NCBI GenBank assembly: GCA_963807605.1
Contig: CAWECG010000004.1
Coordinates: forward strand, 96,001-160,000
Length of the DNA stretch: 64,000 nt
Reading direction: 5' to 3'
Origin: Candidatus Bathyarchaeota archaeon
GTDB taxonomy: Archaea > Thermoproteota > Bathyarchaeia > 40CM-2-53-6 > RBG-13-38-9
This document shows, piece after piece, positions 20,231 through 30,324 of the stretch. Below the pieces are notes generated by a model, which was not told the DNA's origin, did no database searches, and worked only from the letters and a program-made list of their open reading frames with translations. Made by a program: the position numbers and the translations under genes. The first letter of the stretch is position 1. The number at the start of each line of letters is the position of its first letter.

Positions 20231-20897
20231 GAAACCCTTCTGGATGAGGCAGCCTTACCTCATCCTCTTTGATCTCTTGAGGCTACACCGCGTCAAGCCT
20301 TGGGATGTGAACATCACGAACCTTCTCCATGCATTTCTGGCCGAGATGAAGCACAGGGGGCATGTAGACTTTTCAGTCTCCGGAACTGCCCTCTTGAGCT
20401 CATCCATAATACACAGAATGAAATCTGAGTTGGTTCTCAAGATGGAGGAACCGCCGAAGCCTCCAATCGAAAAGCCTCAAGAGAATATCCCGCCCCCACT
20501 TCCACTTCCGATCAGGTTCGAGTACACTGCGACCCCGTTGGCCGAAGTCTTACAGGCGATTGAAGAGGTTCTAAAGAGTGAGATTCAACTTTTGTCCAGA
20601 GAGGTTTCAAGCCTAAAACCCTCACCCGTCGTCGAGGCGCTCGACGACTTCGTTACGAACATTCAGGATCATCTAGAGGACTTATACCATCAGCTTATCC
20701 ATCGCTACGAACGTGGAGAGGAAATATCATTCAGAATACTTACAGTAAGAATGAACATCCAGGAGATGGTTAGGACTTTTCTCTTGATACTCTTCTTGGC
20801 AAGTAGAGGAAGAGTCAGACTGATGCAAGAGGAGGAATTTGGAGACATTAAGATCGAGGTGGCTGGATCCAGTGAAGGCGTCGGAGCAATCAGATAG
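20214..20897 (+). CDS. scpA: Segregation/condensation kleisin ScpA
   Basis: PWDVNI, DF..SG.ALL and FLLILFLA..GRV.L.QEE.FGDI motifs; directly follows smc. Confidence 0.9.
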   Translation: MMSELEKPFWMRQPYLILFDLLRLHRVKPWDVNITNLLHAFLAEMKHRGHVDFSVSGTALLSSSIIHRMKSELVLKMEEPPKPPIEKPQENIPPPLPLPIRFEYTATPLAEVLQAIEEVLKSEIQLLSREVSSLKPSPVVEALDDFVTNIQDHLEDLYHQLIHRYERGEEISFRILTVRMNIQEMVRTFLLILFLASRGRVRLMQEEEFGDIKIEVAGSSEGVGAIR

Positions 20898-21498
20898 ACT
20901 CCTCAAGGCTAAAGAGAAGAACCACATCGATCTTATCGAAGCTGCTCTTTATGCGGCTGGGAGACCCCTGGACTTGGAAACCCTCTCTTTGCTAATCAAT
21001 GTAAAATCGAGTGCGATTGTAAAATCCCTCGCCGAGCAACTCATGAAAAGATACGAGGAGACTAATGGGGCTTTGGAACTGCTGAGACTCCAAGACGGAA
21101 GATATGTGATGCAGTTGCGTACCGATCTGGCCCAAGGAGTCATGAAACTGGTCACGAAGAGGCTTCTTACGAGAGGGCCGCTCAAAACCCTATCTTTCAT
21201 CGCGATCAAGCAGCCTGTCACGCAGGCCTACGTCGTGAAGGTGAGAGGAAATCTAGCTTATGGTCACGTAAGGTCTCTATACGAGAAAGGTCTCATATCC
21301 GAGGAACGCCTCGGCAGAACTAAGGTATTGAAAACTACGTCTGCCTTCGCCGATTACTTTAACCTAAGCAACGACCCCAGACTCATGAAAAATCAGCTGC
21401 AGAAGATCTTTGAACAACAAACTAAGAGCACAGGACAATACAAATCAACTCCCGAAATAATGCCTAGGCGCATTGATAAGGACGAAGAAAAGGTCTGA
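20872..21498 (+). CDS. scpB: SMC-Scp complex subunit ScpB
   Basis: IEAALYAAGRPL, LKTLSFIA.KQPVT and TT..FADYF motifs. Confidence 0.93.
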   Translation: MKASEQSDRLLKAKEKNHIDLIEAALYAAGRPLDLETLSLLINVKSSAIVKSLAEQLMKRYEETNGALELLRLQDGRYVMQLRTDLAQGVMKLVTKRLLTRGPLKTLSFIAIKQPVTQAYVVKVRGNLAYGHVRSLYEKGLISEERLGRTKVLKTTSAFADYFNLSNDPRLMKNQLQKIFEQQTKSTGQYKSTPEIMPRRIDKDEEKV

Positions 21499-21580
21499 GA
21501 ATTCAGCGACACACATCCTGCACAACCCTTATATTAATAAGATCTGTGGAAACTCCGAAGTCTAAAGGTGTATGAGAAAG

Positions 21581-21970
21581 ATGCCTCGATGGCATGGCGG
21601 TTTGACAAAGCGCAAGAAATCTGGCGGAAGACGAAGGGCCTACAGAGGGAAAAGAGCATTTGAGATCGGTGGAGAGCCCACAGAGACTGCTGTCGGCGAA
21701 ATTAGGAGAGTCAAGTCCAGAGGTTACGGCGGAAATGTCAAGCCTAGACTTCTGAAGTCCAACGTTGCCAATGTCACAGATCCGTCCACTAACATTACTA
21801 AGAAAGTTCAGATTACACGTGTAATCAAGAACCCATCAAACGTAGACTACCAAAGACGGGGCATAATTACCAAGGGCTCAGTGATAGAGACACCAATTGG
21901 TGAGGCTCATGTGACGTCAAGGCCAGGACAAGATGGCGTCGTGAATGCCCTTCTGCTTAAGCCGCGTTGA
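21581..21970 (+). CDS. rps8e: 30S ribosomal protein S8e
   Basis: RKKSGGRR, RGYGGN.K, IITKG and TSRPGQDGVVNA motifs. Confidence 0.97.
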   Translation: MPRWHGGLTKRKKSGGRRRAYRGKRAFEIGGEPTETAVGEIRRVKSRGYGGNVKPRLLKSNVANVTDPSTNITKKVQITRVIKNPSNVDYQRRGIITKGSVIETPIGEAHVTSRPGQDGVVNALLLKPR

Positions 21971-22282
21971 TTGACGGGTGTCGCCTTGAAGCAGCCGGGA
22001 AAGGCTGTAATCTGGCCTGCAAACTGCGACTCTACGAAAACGACCAAGCAGGGCCGAAGAGTTCGTAAAGAGCTCTGCGTCAACTTCCCAAAGCTGCAGG
22101 AGATAATGGCAGCAGCAGGCAATTTGGGTCTAAGATTTGAGCTTGTGAAGGATTCCTCTAGACCCAATTCTTGGTGGGAAAAGACAGGGAACTTAATAGT
22201 TGAAAAATCTGGACTGAGAAAGAGGGCTCTTCTGCTGGTGTTAGCTAAGGAGATCCGACGCCTGAGAGTAGGTAAGGCCTAG
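21971..22282 (+). CDS. srp19: Signal recognition particle 19 kDa protein
   Basis: VIWPA..DS.KT..QGRRV and P..WWEKTG motifs; follows rps8e. Confidence 0.9.
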   Translation: MTGVALKQPGKAVIWPANCDSTKTTKQGRRVRKELCVNFPKLQEIMAAAGNLGLRFELVKDSSRPNSWWEKTGNLIVEKSGLRKRALLLVLAKEIRRLRVGKA

Positions 22283-22357
22283 GAAGCGCCGAGGTTTTGA
22301 CCCACTCCTCTTGAACTCCTTCGTTACGAACCTACTTTGAAGAGATCTGAAAAGAGA

Positions 22358-24349
22358 TTGAGCGAACGAAAGATCTTCAGGACGTTGATGACACTAGACC
22401 AGGTTAAATCCATACTCGAATCACACGCCCTTATTTCAGTTCCAGATCGAGATATGAAGATGGAAGACTCACGGGGGCATGTCTTGGCCGAGGATATCGT
22501 CTCTACAATAGACGTGCCAGGCTTCGATCGGGCAACGATGGATGGATATGCTCTCAAGGCTCAAGATACATTCGGAGCTAATGAAGTCCAACCGCGCGTC
22601 TTGAAGTTGGTTGGGCGAATCGAACCTGGAGAAGAATCCGTCTTCACACTGAGCAGAGGAGAAGCTTCGGAGATCGCTACCGGCGCAGCTCTGCCAGTCG
22701 GAGCTAATGCTGTTTTGATGATCGAACATAGTAGAAGCTCAGGTGAAGTTGTGGAGATCTTCAAATCTGTTACACCGGGGGAGAACGTGATGGCTGCAGG
22801 ATCCGACCTCATGGCTGGCGAACTGCTGCTCAGAAGAGACCAACCAATAACTTCGCGGGAGGTCGGCATTCTAGCAGCGCTCGGAAAGGGGAGTGTGAGG
22901 GTACATGGTTCGCCAAAAGTTGCCATCATCTCTACAGGAAATGAGTTGGTTGCACCTGGATCAACGTTAGGCAAAGCTAAGATCTACGACATAAATGCCC
23001 CCGCGTTAGCTGCCGCAGTACGGGATTCTGGAGGAGTCCCAATTATGCTTGGCATAGCCCAGGATGATGAGAAGAAGATATCGGAGCTGTTGGAAGAGGC
23101 ACTCAGAGTAGCCGATATAGTTCTGACTTCAGGAAGCACTTCCGCCGGAAGGCGAGATCTCCTACCAAGACTAATCTCTTCTCTCAAGAACTCTCAAATA
23201 CTGGCCAATGGCTTGGCGGTGAAGCCGGGAAAGCCCGCCCTCACGGCTTTAGTTGGGGGAAAACCTCTATTTGCACTTCCTGGAAACCCTACCTCCGCCC
23301 TCATGGTATTCCACGCGCTGGTCAAGCCGACAATAAAGGGTTTGGCTGGAATGGCAACTCAATCCGATGAACATCTAGTAGAGGCTCAGGTCGCATTCAA
23401 AACCTTCTCAGTTCGGGGCAAGCAGGAGTTGTTGCCTGTACATGTGGTAACAGACGAGGTCGGGGCCTATCTAGCCTATCCAACTCTTGCCGGATCTGGA
23501 GCAATAACATCATTCGCGCTAGCTGACGGATTCGTAAAGATTCCTGCTGACAGGGATATCTTGCTTGAGGGCGAGAGAGTCCAAGTACATCTTTTCAGTC
23601 CTACGATCGAAATAGCTGATCTTGTGATAATTGGAAGCCATTGCATTGGGATCGATGTGTTGCTCAGGATAATGTCGAGACATCAGCGACAGGTCTCGAG
23701 CAAGATCATAAACGTGGGATCCCTTGGCGGCCTTCATGCAGTGAAGAGAGGTGAGGCTGACTTGGCAGGAATACATCTCTTGGATGAAACATCTGGAGAT
23801 TATAATACGCCATTCATAAAAAGGCTCAAGCTTGAAGAAAAGGTCGTACTCGTAAGGGGTTATGCTCGCGAACAAGGATTGATTACTGCAAAGGGTAATC
23901 CGAAACGAATACAAAATTATGAAGATCTACTTCGACCTGAAGTCACCTTCATCAATCGCAACGCTGGTTCAGGAACCCGGATCATCATAGATATGAGTCT
24001 TACAGCCCTAGCGAGGGAGAAAGCTATTTCTTTTGAAACGCTCACACAGCGAATCGAGGGCTATGATCTTGAGGCCAAGTCTCACAGTGCTGTTGCGGCA
24101 GCAATTCTACACGGTAAGGTAGATGTCGGCTTAGGAATAAGAACCGTTGCAGAGCAGAATGGTCTTGACTTCATTCCACACTCCCGTGAGAGATTCGACT
24201 TTGCGATTGGCAAGAGTCGTATTCATAAGAATTCCATCAGACTATTCCTTGAAACCTTGAAATCTGAAGAGTTCAAGCAAACCCTTGATAAAGAGGCGCC
24301 AGGACTCTGCGCGGATGATGAGACTGGTAATCAAATTCTCATATCCTAG
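22358..24349 (+). CDS. moeA: Molybdopterin molybdenumtransferase MoeA fused to a periplasmic-binding-protein-like domain
   Basis: PGFDRATMDGYA, ISTGNEL, KPGKP and LPGNPTS motifs, then GSHC, GSLGGL and INRNAGSGTR. Confidence 0.93.
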   Translation: MSERKIFRTLMTLDQVKSILESHALISVPDRDMKMEDSRGHVLAEDIVSTIDVPGFDRATMDGYALKAQDTFGANEVQPRVLKLVGRIEPGEESVFTLSRGEASEIATGAALPVGANAVLMIEHSRSSGEVVEIFKSVTPGENVMAAGSDLMAGELLLRRDQPITSREVGILAALGKGSVRVHGSPKVAIISTGNELVAPGSTLGKAKIYDINAPALAAAVRDSGGVPIMLGIAQDDEKKISELLEEALRVADIVLTSGSTSAGRRDLLPRLISSLKNSQILANGLAVKPGKPALTALVGGKPLFALPGNPTSALMVFHALVKPTIKGLAGMATQSDEHLVEAQVAFKTFSVRGKQELLPVHVVTDEVGAYLAYPTLAGSGAITSFALADGFVKIPADRDILLEGERVQVHLFSPTIEIADLVIIGSHCIGIDVLLRIMSRHQRQVSSKIINVGSLGGLHAVKRGEADLAGIHLLDETSGDYNTPFIKRLKLEEKVVLVRGYAREQGLITAKGNPKRIQNYEDLLRPEVTFINRNAGSGTRIIIDMSLTALAREKAISFETLTQRIEGYDLEAKSHSAVAAAILHGKVDVGLGIRTVAEQNGLDFIPHSRERFDFAIGKSRIHKNSIRLFLETLKSEEFKQTLDKEAPGLCADDETGNQILIS

Positions 24350-24499
24350 GAAGCTAGGATCTGGACGCGTACCACGAAGACGCGTGCGTAACGAGCGATA
24401 AGAGGTGATGTGACGAGCCTAAGCTCAAAAGAGCCAAACGCTATCTTAATATAATTTATCCCACTTCGATTGTCTAAATCACTCGGCAAGTGCGAATTC

Positions 24500-24727
24500 T
24501 TGAGGAGGCTTAACAAGATTATCCATCTCTCAAAGAGCGGCAACTTGATAGTCCGACTTGACTCCAACATGTACCCGAAGCTTGGAGAGAAAGTCTTCGA
24601 CAGCAAACTCAGAGAGATAGGTAAGATCCAAGATATTTTCGGTCCAGTCCTCAAACCCTACATATCCATAAGTCCCACGACCTCTGACCCGTCTTCTTTT
24701 GTCGGGAAGCTTGTCTACTCAGAATAG
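24500..24727 (+). CDS. gar1: H/ACA RNP protein Gar1
   Basis: IGKIQDIFGPV.KPY motif; upstream of tfb. Confidence 0.85.
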   Translation: MRRLNKIIHLSKSGNLIVRLDSNMYPKLGEKVFDSKLREIGKIQDIFGPVLKPYISISPTTSDPSSFVGKLVYSE

Positions 24728-24739
24728 TGGTAGTGAGTC

Positions 24740-25693
24740 GTGTCAGAAGGGAACCCCGGGTCTAGCGGAGTCGAGACTAGTCCTCAGAGAGTTCGGATCT
24801 GTCCTGAATGCGGCAGATCAAGATTCATGAGAGACTACGATGCTGCAGAGGTGGTCTGCATGGACTGCGGGTGCGTAATATTGGAGAAGATAGCTGACTC
24901 TAGCCCTGAGTGGCGAGCCTTCGACGATGAACAGAGAACCAGAAGGGCTAGGGTGGGTGCCCCCATGACCTATACAATTCATGACAAAGGGCTATCGACT
25001 GTAATAGATTGGCATGATAAGCGATCATCTGGTAAGAGGCTCACTTCCGCGCAGAGAATCGAACTCTACGTCTTGAGGAAGTGGCAGAGAAGAGTACGAG
25101 TCTCAGATGCTACCGAGCGGAATCTCGCGGTGGCCCTCTCCGATCTGAGCAAACTATCATCAACCCTCAACTTGCCAAAGAATATCCTGGAGACAGCCTC
25201 AGTGATATACAGGAAGGCGATCAAGAAGCGACTGATAAGAGGAAGATCAATACATAACGTTACGGCTGCAGCGATCTACATGTCCTGCCGTCAATGCGGC
25301 ATACCCAGAACCCTCGATGAGATTGCGGAGGCAGCAAACCTCAACAAGAAGGATATAGGAAGAAGCTACCGATTCATGGTCAGAGAGCTAGAAGCATTCG
25401 TTCCTCCTTCAACCAGCAGACACTACGCCGCCAGATTCTCAAACAAACTCGTAATCTCTGGCAGAGCCGAGGCTATAGCGATAAAGATCCTTGATACCGC
25501 GAAGAAGATGAAATTGACAAGCGGCAGAGGCCCTACAGGAATAGCTGCTGCCGCAACCTACGTGGCCACAGTCCTAACGAATGAGAGGAAAACCCAAAGA
25601 GAGATCGCCGAGATAGCTAATGTGACTGAGGTAACAATTCGAAATAGGTACAAGGAACTTCTTGAACGTCTACTCATAGAGGTCCCACTCTAG
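24740..25693 (+). CDS. tfb: Transcription initiation factor IIB
   Basis: Zn ribbon CPECG..CMDCG, PEWRAF, HDKGLST and cyclin repeats ending TEVTIRNRYKEL. Confidence 0.97.
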   Translation: MSEGNPGSSGVETSPQRVRICPECGRSRFMRDYDAAEVVCMDCGCVILEKIADSSPEWRAFDDEQRTRRARVGAPMTYTIHDKGLSTVIDWHDKRSSGKRLTSAQRIELYVLRKWQRRVRVSDATERNLAVALSDLSKLSSTLNLPKNILETASVIYRKAIKKRLIRGRSIHNVTAAAIYMSCRQCGIPRTLDEIAEAANLNKKDIGRSYRFMVRELEAFVPPSTSRHYAARFSNKLVISGRAEAIAIKILDTAKKMKLTSGRGPTGIAAAATYVATVLTNERKTQREIAEIANVTEVTIRNRYKELLERLLIEVPL

Positions 25694-25758
25694 AGGAAAA
25701 GCTCTCCTCTCCAGAATCCCGGAAACGTTCACGATAAAGTAAATCGATTGTGATTTGG

Positions 25759-26994
25759 ATGGGTCTTGCAAGGGAGGTAGCGATTGTCGGGTGTGGAATG
25801 ACAAGGTTCCACCACAACCTACATTTGGACAAGAACAGCCGTGAGATATTTGCCGAAGCCGCAGACGAATGCTTGAACTCTGTCGATAATGGAATATCGA
25901 CTAAAGAGATCGACGCCCTTGTCATTGGGAGTACAGTAGGAGAATTCTTCGAGAAGCAATCTCACTATGCATCCTTGATGTCTGACTGGACAGGATTGCT
26001 TCCTGTACCTTCATTCCGCATCGAGACTGCCTGCGCTAGCTCATCAACAGCGGTCGAAGTAGCTGCCTTAGGCATAGCCTCGGGAATGTATGACACCGTA
26101 CTGGTTGGAGGGGTAGAGAAGATGTCGACTCTAAAGACTGAGATGATGACAGAGGCGCTAATGTCTGGTGTCGATGTCGCATACGACTATCCTGCGGGCG
26201 CAACCAACCCTGCACTCTACGCCATGATGGCCAACGCTCACTTTCACAAGTACGGATCGACCTGGGAGCAACTCACCGCCATTACAGTGAAGAATCATCA
26301 CAACGCAACTATGAACCCGAAGGCCCAATACCAATCCGAAGTTGTAGCATTAGGAAATAAGATAGGAGCAAAACAAGGCCTATCTTTCAAGGACCCTCTG
26401 AGTTTCCTCAGATCTGCGGTCAACCCGATCGTCGCCCATCCCTTAAGACTCTTCGACTGCTCCCCGACAAGTGACGGCGGTTCGGCTATAATAATGACGG
26501 CATCTAAGAATGCAAAGAAGTACACTGACACACCGGTTCACTTGGTCGGTCTGGGGCACGCTTCCGGAACGATGTCCCTCCATGACAGACCTGACTTGAC
26601 ATCTATCCCTGCCACTATCGAGGCTGCCAGAACGGCTTATAAGATGGCAAAGATCGAGGCTAGAAAAGTCGACCTTGGGATGGTGCATGACTGCTTCACT
26701 GTGGCTGAGATGCTGGCCACGGAAGATCTGGGATTCTTCAAGAAAGGTGAAGGTGGCAGAGCGGCAGAACAGGGAAGGACCGCGATAAACGGTGAGATTC
26801 CCATAAACACCGACGGTGGTCTCAAGGCCAAAGGCCATCCAATCGGTGCTACGGGTGTCGCAATGGTTCACGAGGTATACAAGCAACTGAGAGCAGAAGC
26901 TGGGGAGCGGCAAGTTAAGGACGCTGAGACAGGTCTTATTCACAACGTAGGCGCCACTGGTGGCACCGCGATAGTACAGATCTTCACTACTTGA
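25759..26994 (+). CDS. Thiolase-family protein (SCP-x type acetyl-CoA acyltransferase)
   Basis: ETACASS, HDCFT and GGLKAKGHPIGATG motifs. Confidence 0.92.
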   Translation: MGLAREVAIVGCGMTRFHHNLHLDKNSREIFAEAADECLNSVDNGISTKEIDALVIGSTVGEFFEKQSHYASLMSDWTGLLPVPSFRIETACASSSTAVEVAALGIASGMYDTVLVGGVEKMSTLKTEMMTEALMSGVDVAYDYPAGATNPALYAMMANAHFHKYGSTWEQLTAITVKNHHNATMNPKAQYQSEVVALGNKIGAKQGLSFKDPLSFLRSAVNPIVAHPLRLFDCSPTSDGGSAIIMTASKNAKKYTDTPVHLVGLGHASGTMSLHDRPDLTSIPATIEAARTAYKMAKIEARKVDLGMVHDCFTVAEMLATEDLGFFKKGEGGRAAEQGRTAINGEIPINTDGGLKAKGHPIGATGVAMVHEVYKQLRAEAGERQVKDAETGLIHNVGATGGTAIVQIFTT

Positions 26995-27077
26995 GCAGAC
27001 AAAAAGTACAGATCGAGAAAGCCCCAAATCTCGCAGTCTGCTCGTGCATATCTTGAAGTTCACCTGAGGCGGATTCT

Positions 27078-27569
27078 GTGTCAGAGCTCAAGTTGAAGAC
27101 GGTTGAGATAGAGAGGCCGGAAGGCGTAAACATCATTCTAGGACAGTGTCACTTCATTAAGAGTGTTGATGATCTTTATGAAGTCATTTCAGGAGGCGTT
27201 CCGGGAGCAAAGTTTGGAATCGCGTTTTCAGAGTCGTCAGGTCCGTGCTTGGTCAGACGTGCCGGTACTGACCAGGAACTCGTAGATCTAGCTGTTAAGA
27301 ATATGCTGAATATTTCAGCAGGCCACACCTTCATCGTCATGCTTAGGAATCTCTATCCGATAAACATCTTGAACTCGGTAAAGAACGTTCCAGAAGTCTG
27401 CAACATCTATTGTGCAACAGCAAATCCCGTGAGAGTCATAGTTGCGGATATCGGCGAGGGAAGAGGCATTCTTGGAGTTGTCGATGGCTACTCGCCAAAA
27501 GGAGTGGAGGATGACGCAGAGACCGAGAAAAGAAAAGCGTTTCTCAGAAAAATTGGATACAAGCTTTGA
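27078..27569 (+). CDS. DUF355 / adenosine-specific kinase family protein
   Basis: NIILGQ.HFIK, FGIAF.ESSG, CATANP and GILGVVDG motifs. Confidence 0.9.
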   Translation: MSELKLKTVEIERPEGVNIILGQCHFIKSVDDLYEVISGGVPGAKFGIAFSESSGPCLVRRAGTDQELVDLAVKNMLNISAGHTFIVMLRNLYPINILNSVKNVPEVCNIYCATANPVRVIVADIGEGRGILGVVDGYSPKGVEDDAETEKRKAFLRKIGYKL

Positions 27570-27629
27570 TGCCTATGCAAAGACGGTACTCCAAGAACAT
27601 GATATGACTAAGATAAATGGTGCAACACA

Positions 27630-29045
27630 TTGGTTTTGCAAGTATTCAACACAATGACTGGAACCGAGGAAGAGTTCAAACCCATCCACGGAAACAGGGT
27701 GAATATGTTTGTATGCGGTCCGACAGTGTATGACCACGCGCATATCGGCCATGCGAGAACGTATCTGGCCTACGACGTGATAGCTAGATATTTGCGATTC
27801 AAGGGTTACAGCGTCTTCTACTTGATGAATATAACTGATGTCGATGATAAGATCATCGACAGAGCCAAAGAAAGAGACACCCATCCTCTAGCTCTCTCTA
27901 AGCACTTCACGCGAGAATTCATTCGCGATCTAATGCTGCTTAATGTATCATCTGTAAATCTCTTTGCAAAGGCTTCGGAGCACATTCCTGAGATAATCGA
28001 TCAGGTCAAAGTACTCCTGACGAAAGACTGCGCCTACGTGGTTGACGGCGATGTCTACTTTAACATCTCAAAATTCCCAGACTATGGTAAGTTATCTCAC
28101 CAAAGACCTGAAGAGCTGAAGAAACATAGGATCGAACCAGATCCCAGAAAGAGAGATCCTAGTGACTTCTCACTGTGGAAGAGTCGAGAAAAGCGCGAGT
28201 TGGGGTGGGATAGCCCGTGGGGTTGGGGAAGGCCAGGGTGGCATATAGAAGACACCGCAATAACTGAGACATACTTTGGTCCCCAATACGATATTCATGG
28301 AGGCGCTATCGAACTCGTATTCCCACACCATGAAGCAGAGATTGCTCAAGAGGAGTCTGCAAGCGGAAAAAAGCCGCTGGTCAAGTACTGGATACACACA
28401 GGGATGGTGAATGTAAAAGGACAAAAGATGTCGAAGTCGCTGGGGAACTTTGTAACAATCAGAGAAGTACTCGAAAAGTACAGTCCAAACGTCCTAAGAG
28501 TCTTCTTCGCCTCAAGCCACTACCAGAGTCCCATAGACTACAGCGAGGCAAATCTCCGGAATGCTCAAGATAACTATCTCCGGATAGCAAATGCTCACTC
28601 CGAAACCCAGAAGTCATTGGCTACCGCAAAGTCCAAGGAAAATCCCGAAGAGGTCAGCTTCCTGAAGATAACCGAAGATTTTGCGAAGCAATTCATTGAA
28701 GCAATGGACGACGACTTCAACACTCCTGTCGCCCTCTCAATCATGCTCTCCTTCGCAAAAAAGCTTGAGAATTATGCTAAGGAAAACCCGGAGAAGAACA
28801 CACTCTCCAAGGCACTAGGCATCCTCAACGATTTCACCTTAATACTCGGAATCGAGTTCTCTGGAAACCATGTTCCACAAGTGGGAATTGTCGAAGACCT
28901 TATGGACCTAATTGTGGATGTGAGAGAAGTGGCTAGAAAGAAGGGTGATTGGGAAATGGCTGACGAGATAAGGCGAAGGCTAGACTCTCTCAAAATAACT
29001 CTTGAAGATACCTCCGCAGGGACGCGCTGGCGAAGAATGGACTAA
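27630..29045 (+). CDS. cysS: Cysteine--tRNA ligase
   Basis: CGPTVYD..HIGH, GRPGWHIE, FPHHE and KMSKS motifs. Confidence 0.97.
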   Translation: MVLQVFNTMTGTEEEFKPIHGNRVNMFVCGPTVYDHAHIGHARTYLAYDVIARYLRFKGYSVFYLMNITDVDDKIIDRAKERDTHPLALSKHFTREFIRDLMLLNVSSVNLFAKASEHIPEIIDQVKVLLTKDCAYVVDGDVYFNISKFPDYGKLSHQRPEELKKHRIEPDPRKRDPSDFSLWKSREKRELGWDSPWGWGRPGWHIEDTAITETYFGPQYDIHGGAIELVFPHHEAEIAQEESASGKKPLVKYWIHTGMVNVKGQKMSKSLGNFVTIREVLEKYSPNVLRVFFASSHYQSPIDYSEANLRNAQDNYLRIANAHSETQKSLATAKSKENPEEVSFLKITEDFAKQFIEAMDDDFNTPVALSIMLSFAKKLENYAKENPEKNTLSKALGILNDFTLILGIEFSGNHVPQVGIVEDLMDLIVDVREVARKKGDWEMADEIRRRLDSLKITLEDTSAGTRWRRMD

Positions 29046-29179
29046 TTCTAGATCCCTCGCCACATTTCATAGCTCTTGAGCTTTTTCGAACCGGATGAGA
29101 AAATCTAATAGACGAGCATAGTGAACTGTAATGTTTAATAATTATATTGTCTTTCTATCACTCAGTAACGGTGTTTTTA

Positions 29180-29542
29180 TTGGCAAAAAGAGGTTCGATG
29201 GAGCAAGACGTCCTCAATATGGTTATGAATGCAGGCGACAACGGGCTTCTCCAGTCAGAGCTTTGGAAGATAATCACGGCTGACAGTAGAGAAGGCTCAC
29301 GAGCCATACTAAGGCTTGAAAGAAAGAGGCTGATCGAGCGTCGAAAAGAACTGTTTGATGGAAGATGGACCTATAGGATCTTAGCCAAGAGAAAGATTCC
29401 AAGAGTGGACTCTATAATAGCCATACCATGTGCATTCTGCGATCTCGAAACTAGATGTAGTCAATCGGGTCTTGTCTCCCCTGCGAAATGTGACAGATTA
29501 ACTGTCTGGTTGAAGAATCTCGCAACAGCTAAGTCTGCTTAA
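29180..29542 (+). CDS. tfeB: Transcription factor E beta subunit (RPC34-like winged helix plus FeS cysteines)
   Basis: GLLQSELWK...SREGSR..GRWTY winged helix, then PCAFC-x5-C...C. Confidence 0.8.
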   Translation: MAKRGSMEQDVLNMVMNAGDNGLLQSELWKIITADSREGSRAILRLERKRLIERRKELFDGRWTYRILAKRKIPRVDSIIAIPCAFCDLETRCSQSGLVSPAKCDRLTVWLKNLATAKSA

Positions 29543-29664
29543 GTATCATCCTTCGCGGAAGCACTTACGATTCCTGCAACTTCGCTGACACAGTGTATAG
29601 TCTTACGTGGGCACTAAGAGATGATCCCCTTCAGGGAACACGTTCCAAAGTCGGAATATTGTAA

Positions 29665-30324
29665 ATGACCAAAAACTCCTCTTGGATTCAAAGACGGCGC
29701 AAAGACCAGTACTATAAACTGGCGAAAGACAAAGGCTATCGAAGCAGGGCCGCCTTCAAACTTTCACAAATGATTGAAAGCTATCGATTCATCCAGAGGG
29801 GTGACCGGGTTATCGAACTTGGGGCCGCCCCCGGAGGCTGGACTCAAGTAGTTGCTAAGACAGTTGGAACGGGGGGCTACGTCCTAGGAGTGGACATCAA
29901 ACCGATTGAGCCACTTGACCAGCCCCAAGTAGAATTTCTAAAGCTCGATATAACTTCCGATCCCATAATCGAAGCTCTCACAGAGAAGTTTCCCAATAAG
30001 GTTGACGCCATTATTTCGGACGTCTCGCCGAACATCTCCGGCGCATGGGATGTTGACCATTCGAGACAGATTTACTTGGCTCAGAAATCACTTGAACTGG
30101 CACGAACTCTTTTGAAGCTGAAGGGAAACTTCCTTGTTAAGATCTTTCAAGGTAGCGAAACGGATCAATTCCTGAAGGAAATTAGAGAGAATTTCCGCAT
30201 AGTCAGAATCATTAGGCCGCGTGCTACCAGAACATCTAGTTCTGAAATCTACGTTCTAGGTTTGGTTTTCCTCAACCGACCTAGATCACAGATGGAACCC
30301 ACAGATCCTAACTCGCTTTCCTAA
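29665..30324 (+). CDS. rlmE: 23S rRNA Um2552 methyltransferase RlmE/FtsJ
   Basis: GYRSRAAFKL, LGAAPGGW, SD.SP and SSEIY motifs. Confidence 0.95.
   Translation: MTKNSSWIQRRRKDQYYKLAKDKGYRSRAAFKLSQMIESYRFIQRGDRVIELGAAPGGWTQVVAKTVGTGGYVLGVDIKPIEPLDQPQVEFLKLDITSDPIIEALTEKFPNKVDAIISDVSPNISGAWDVDHSRQIYLAQKSLELARTLLKLKGNFLVKIFQGSETDQFLKEIRENFRIVRIIRPRATRTSSSEIYVLGLVFLNRPRSQMEPTDPNSLS

Noticed and set aside
26330-26430. Insertion in the thiolase (VVALGNKIGAKQGLSFKDPLSFL) as a possible in-frame intron
   Set aside because: No BHB geometry was found; it reads as an ordinary protein loop.
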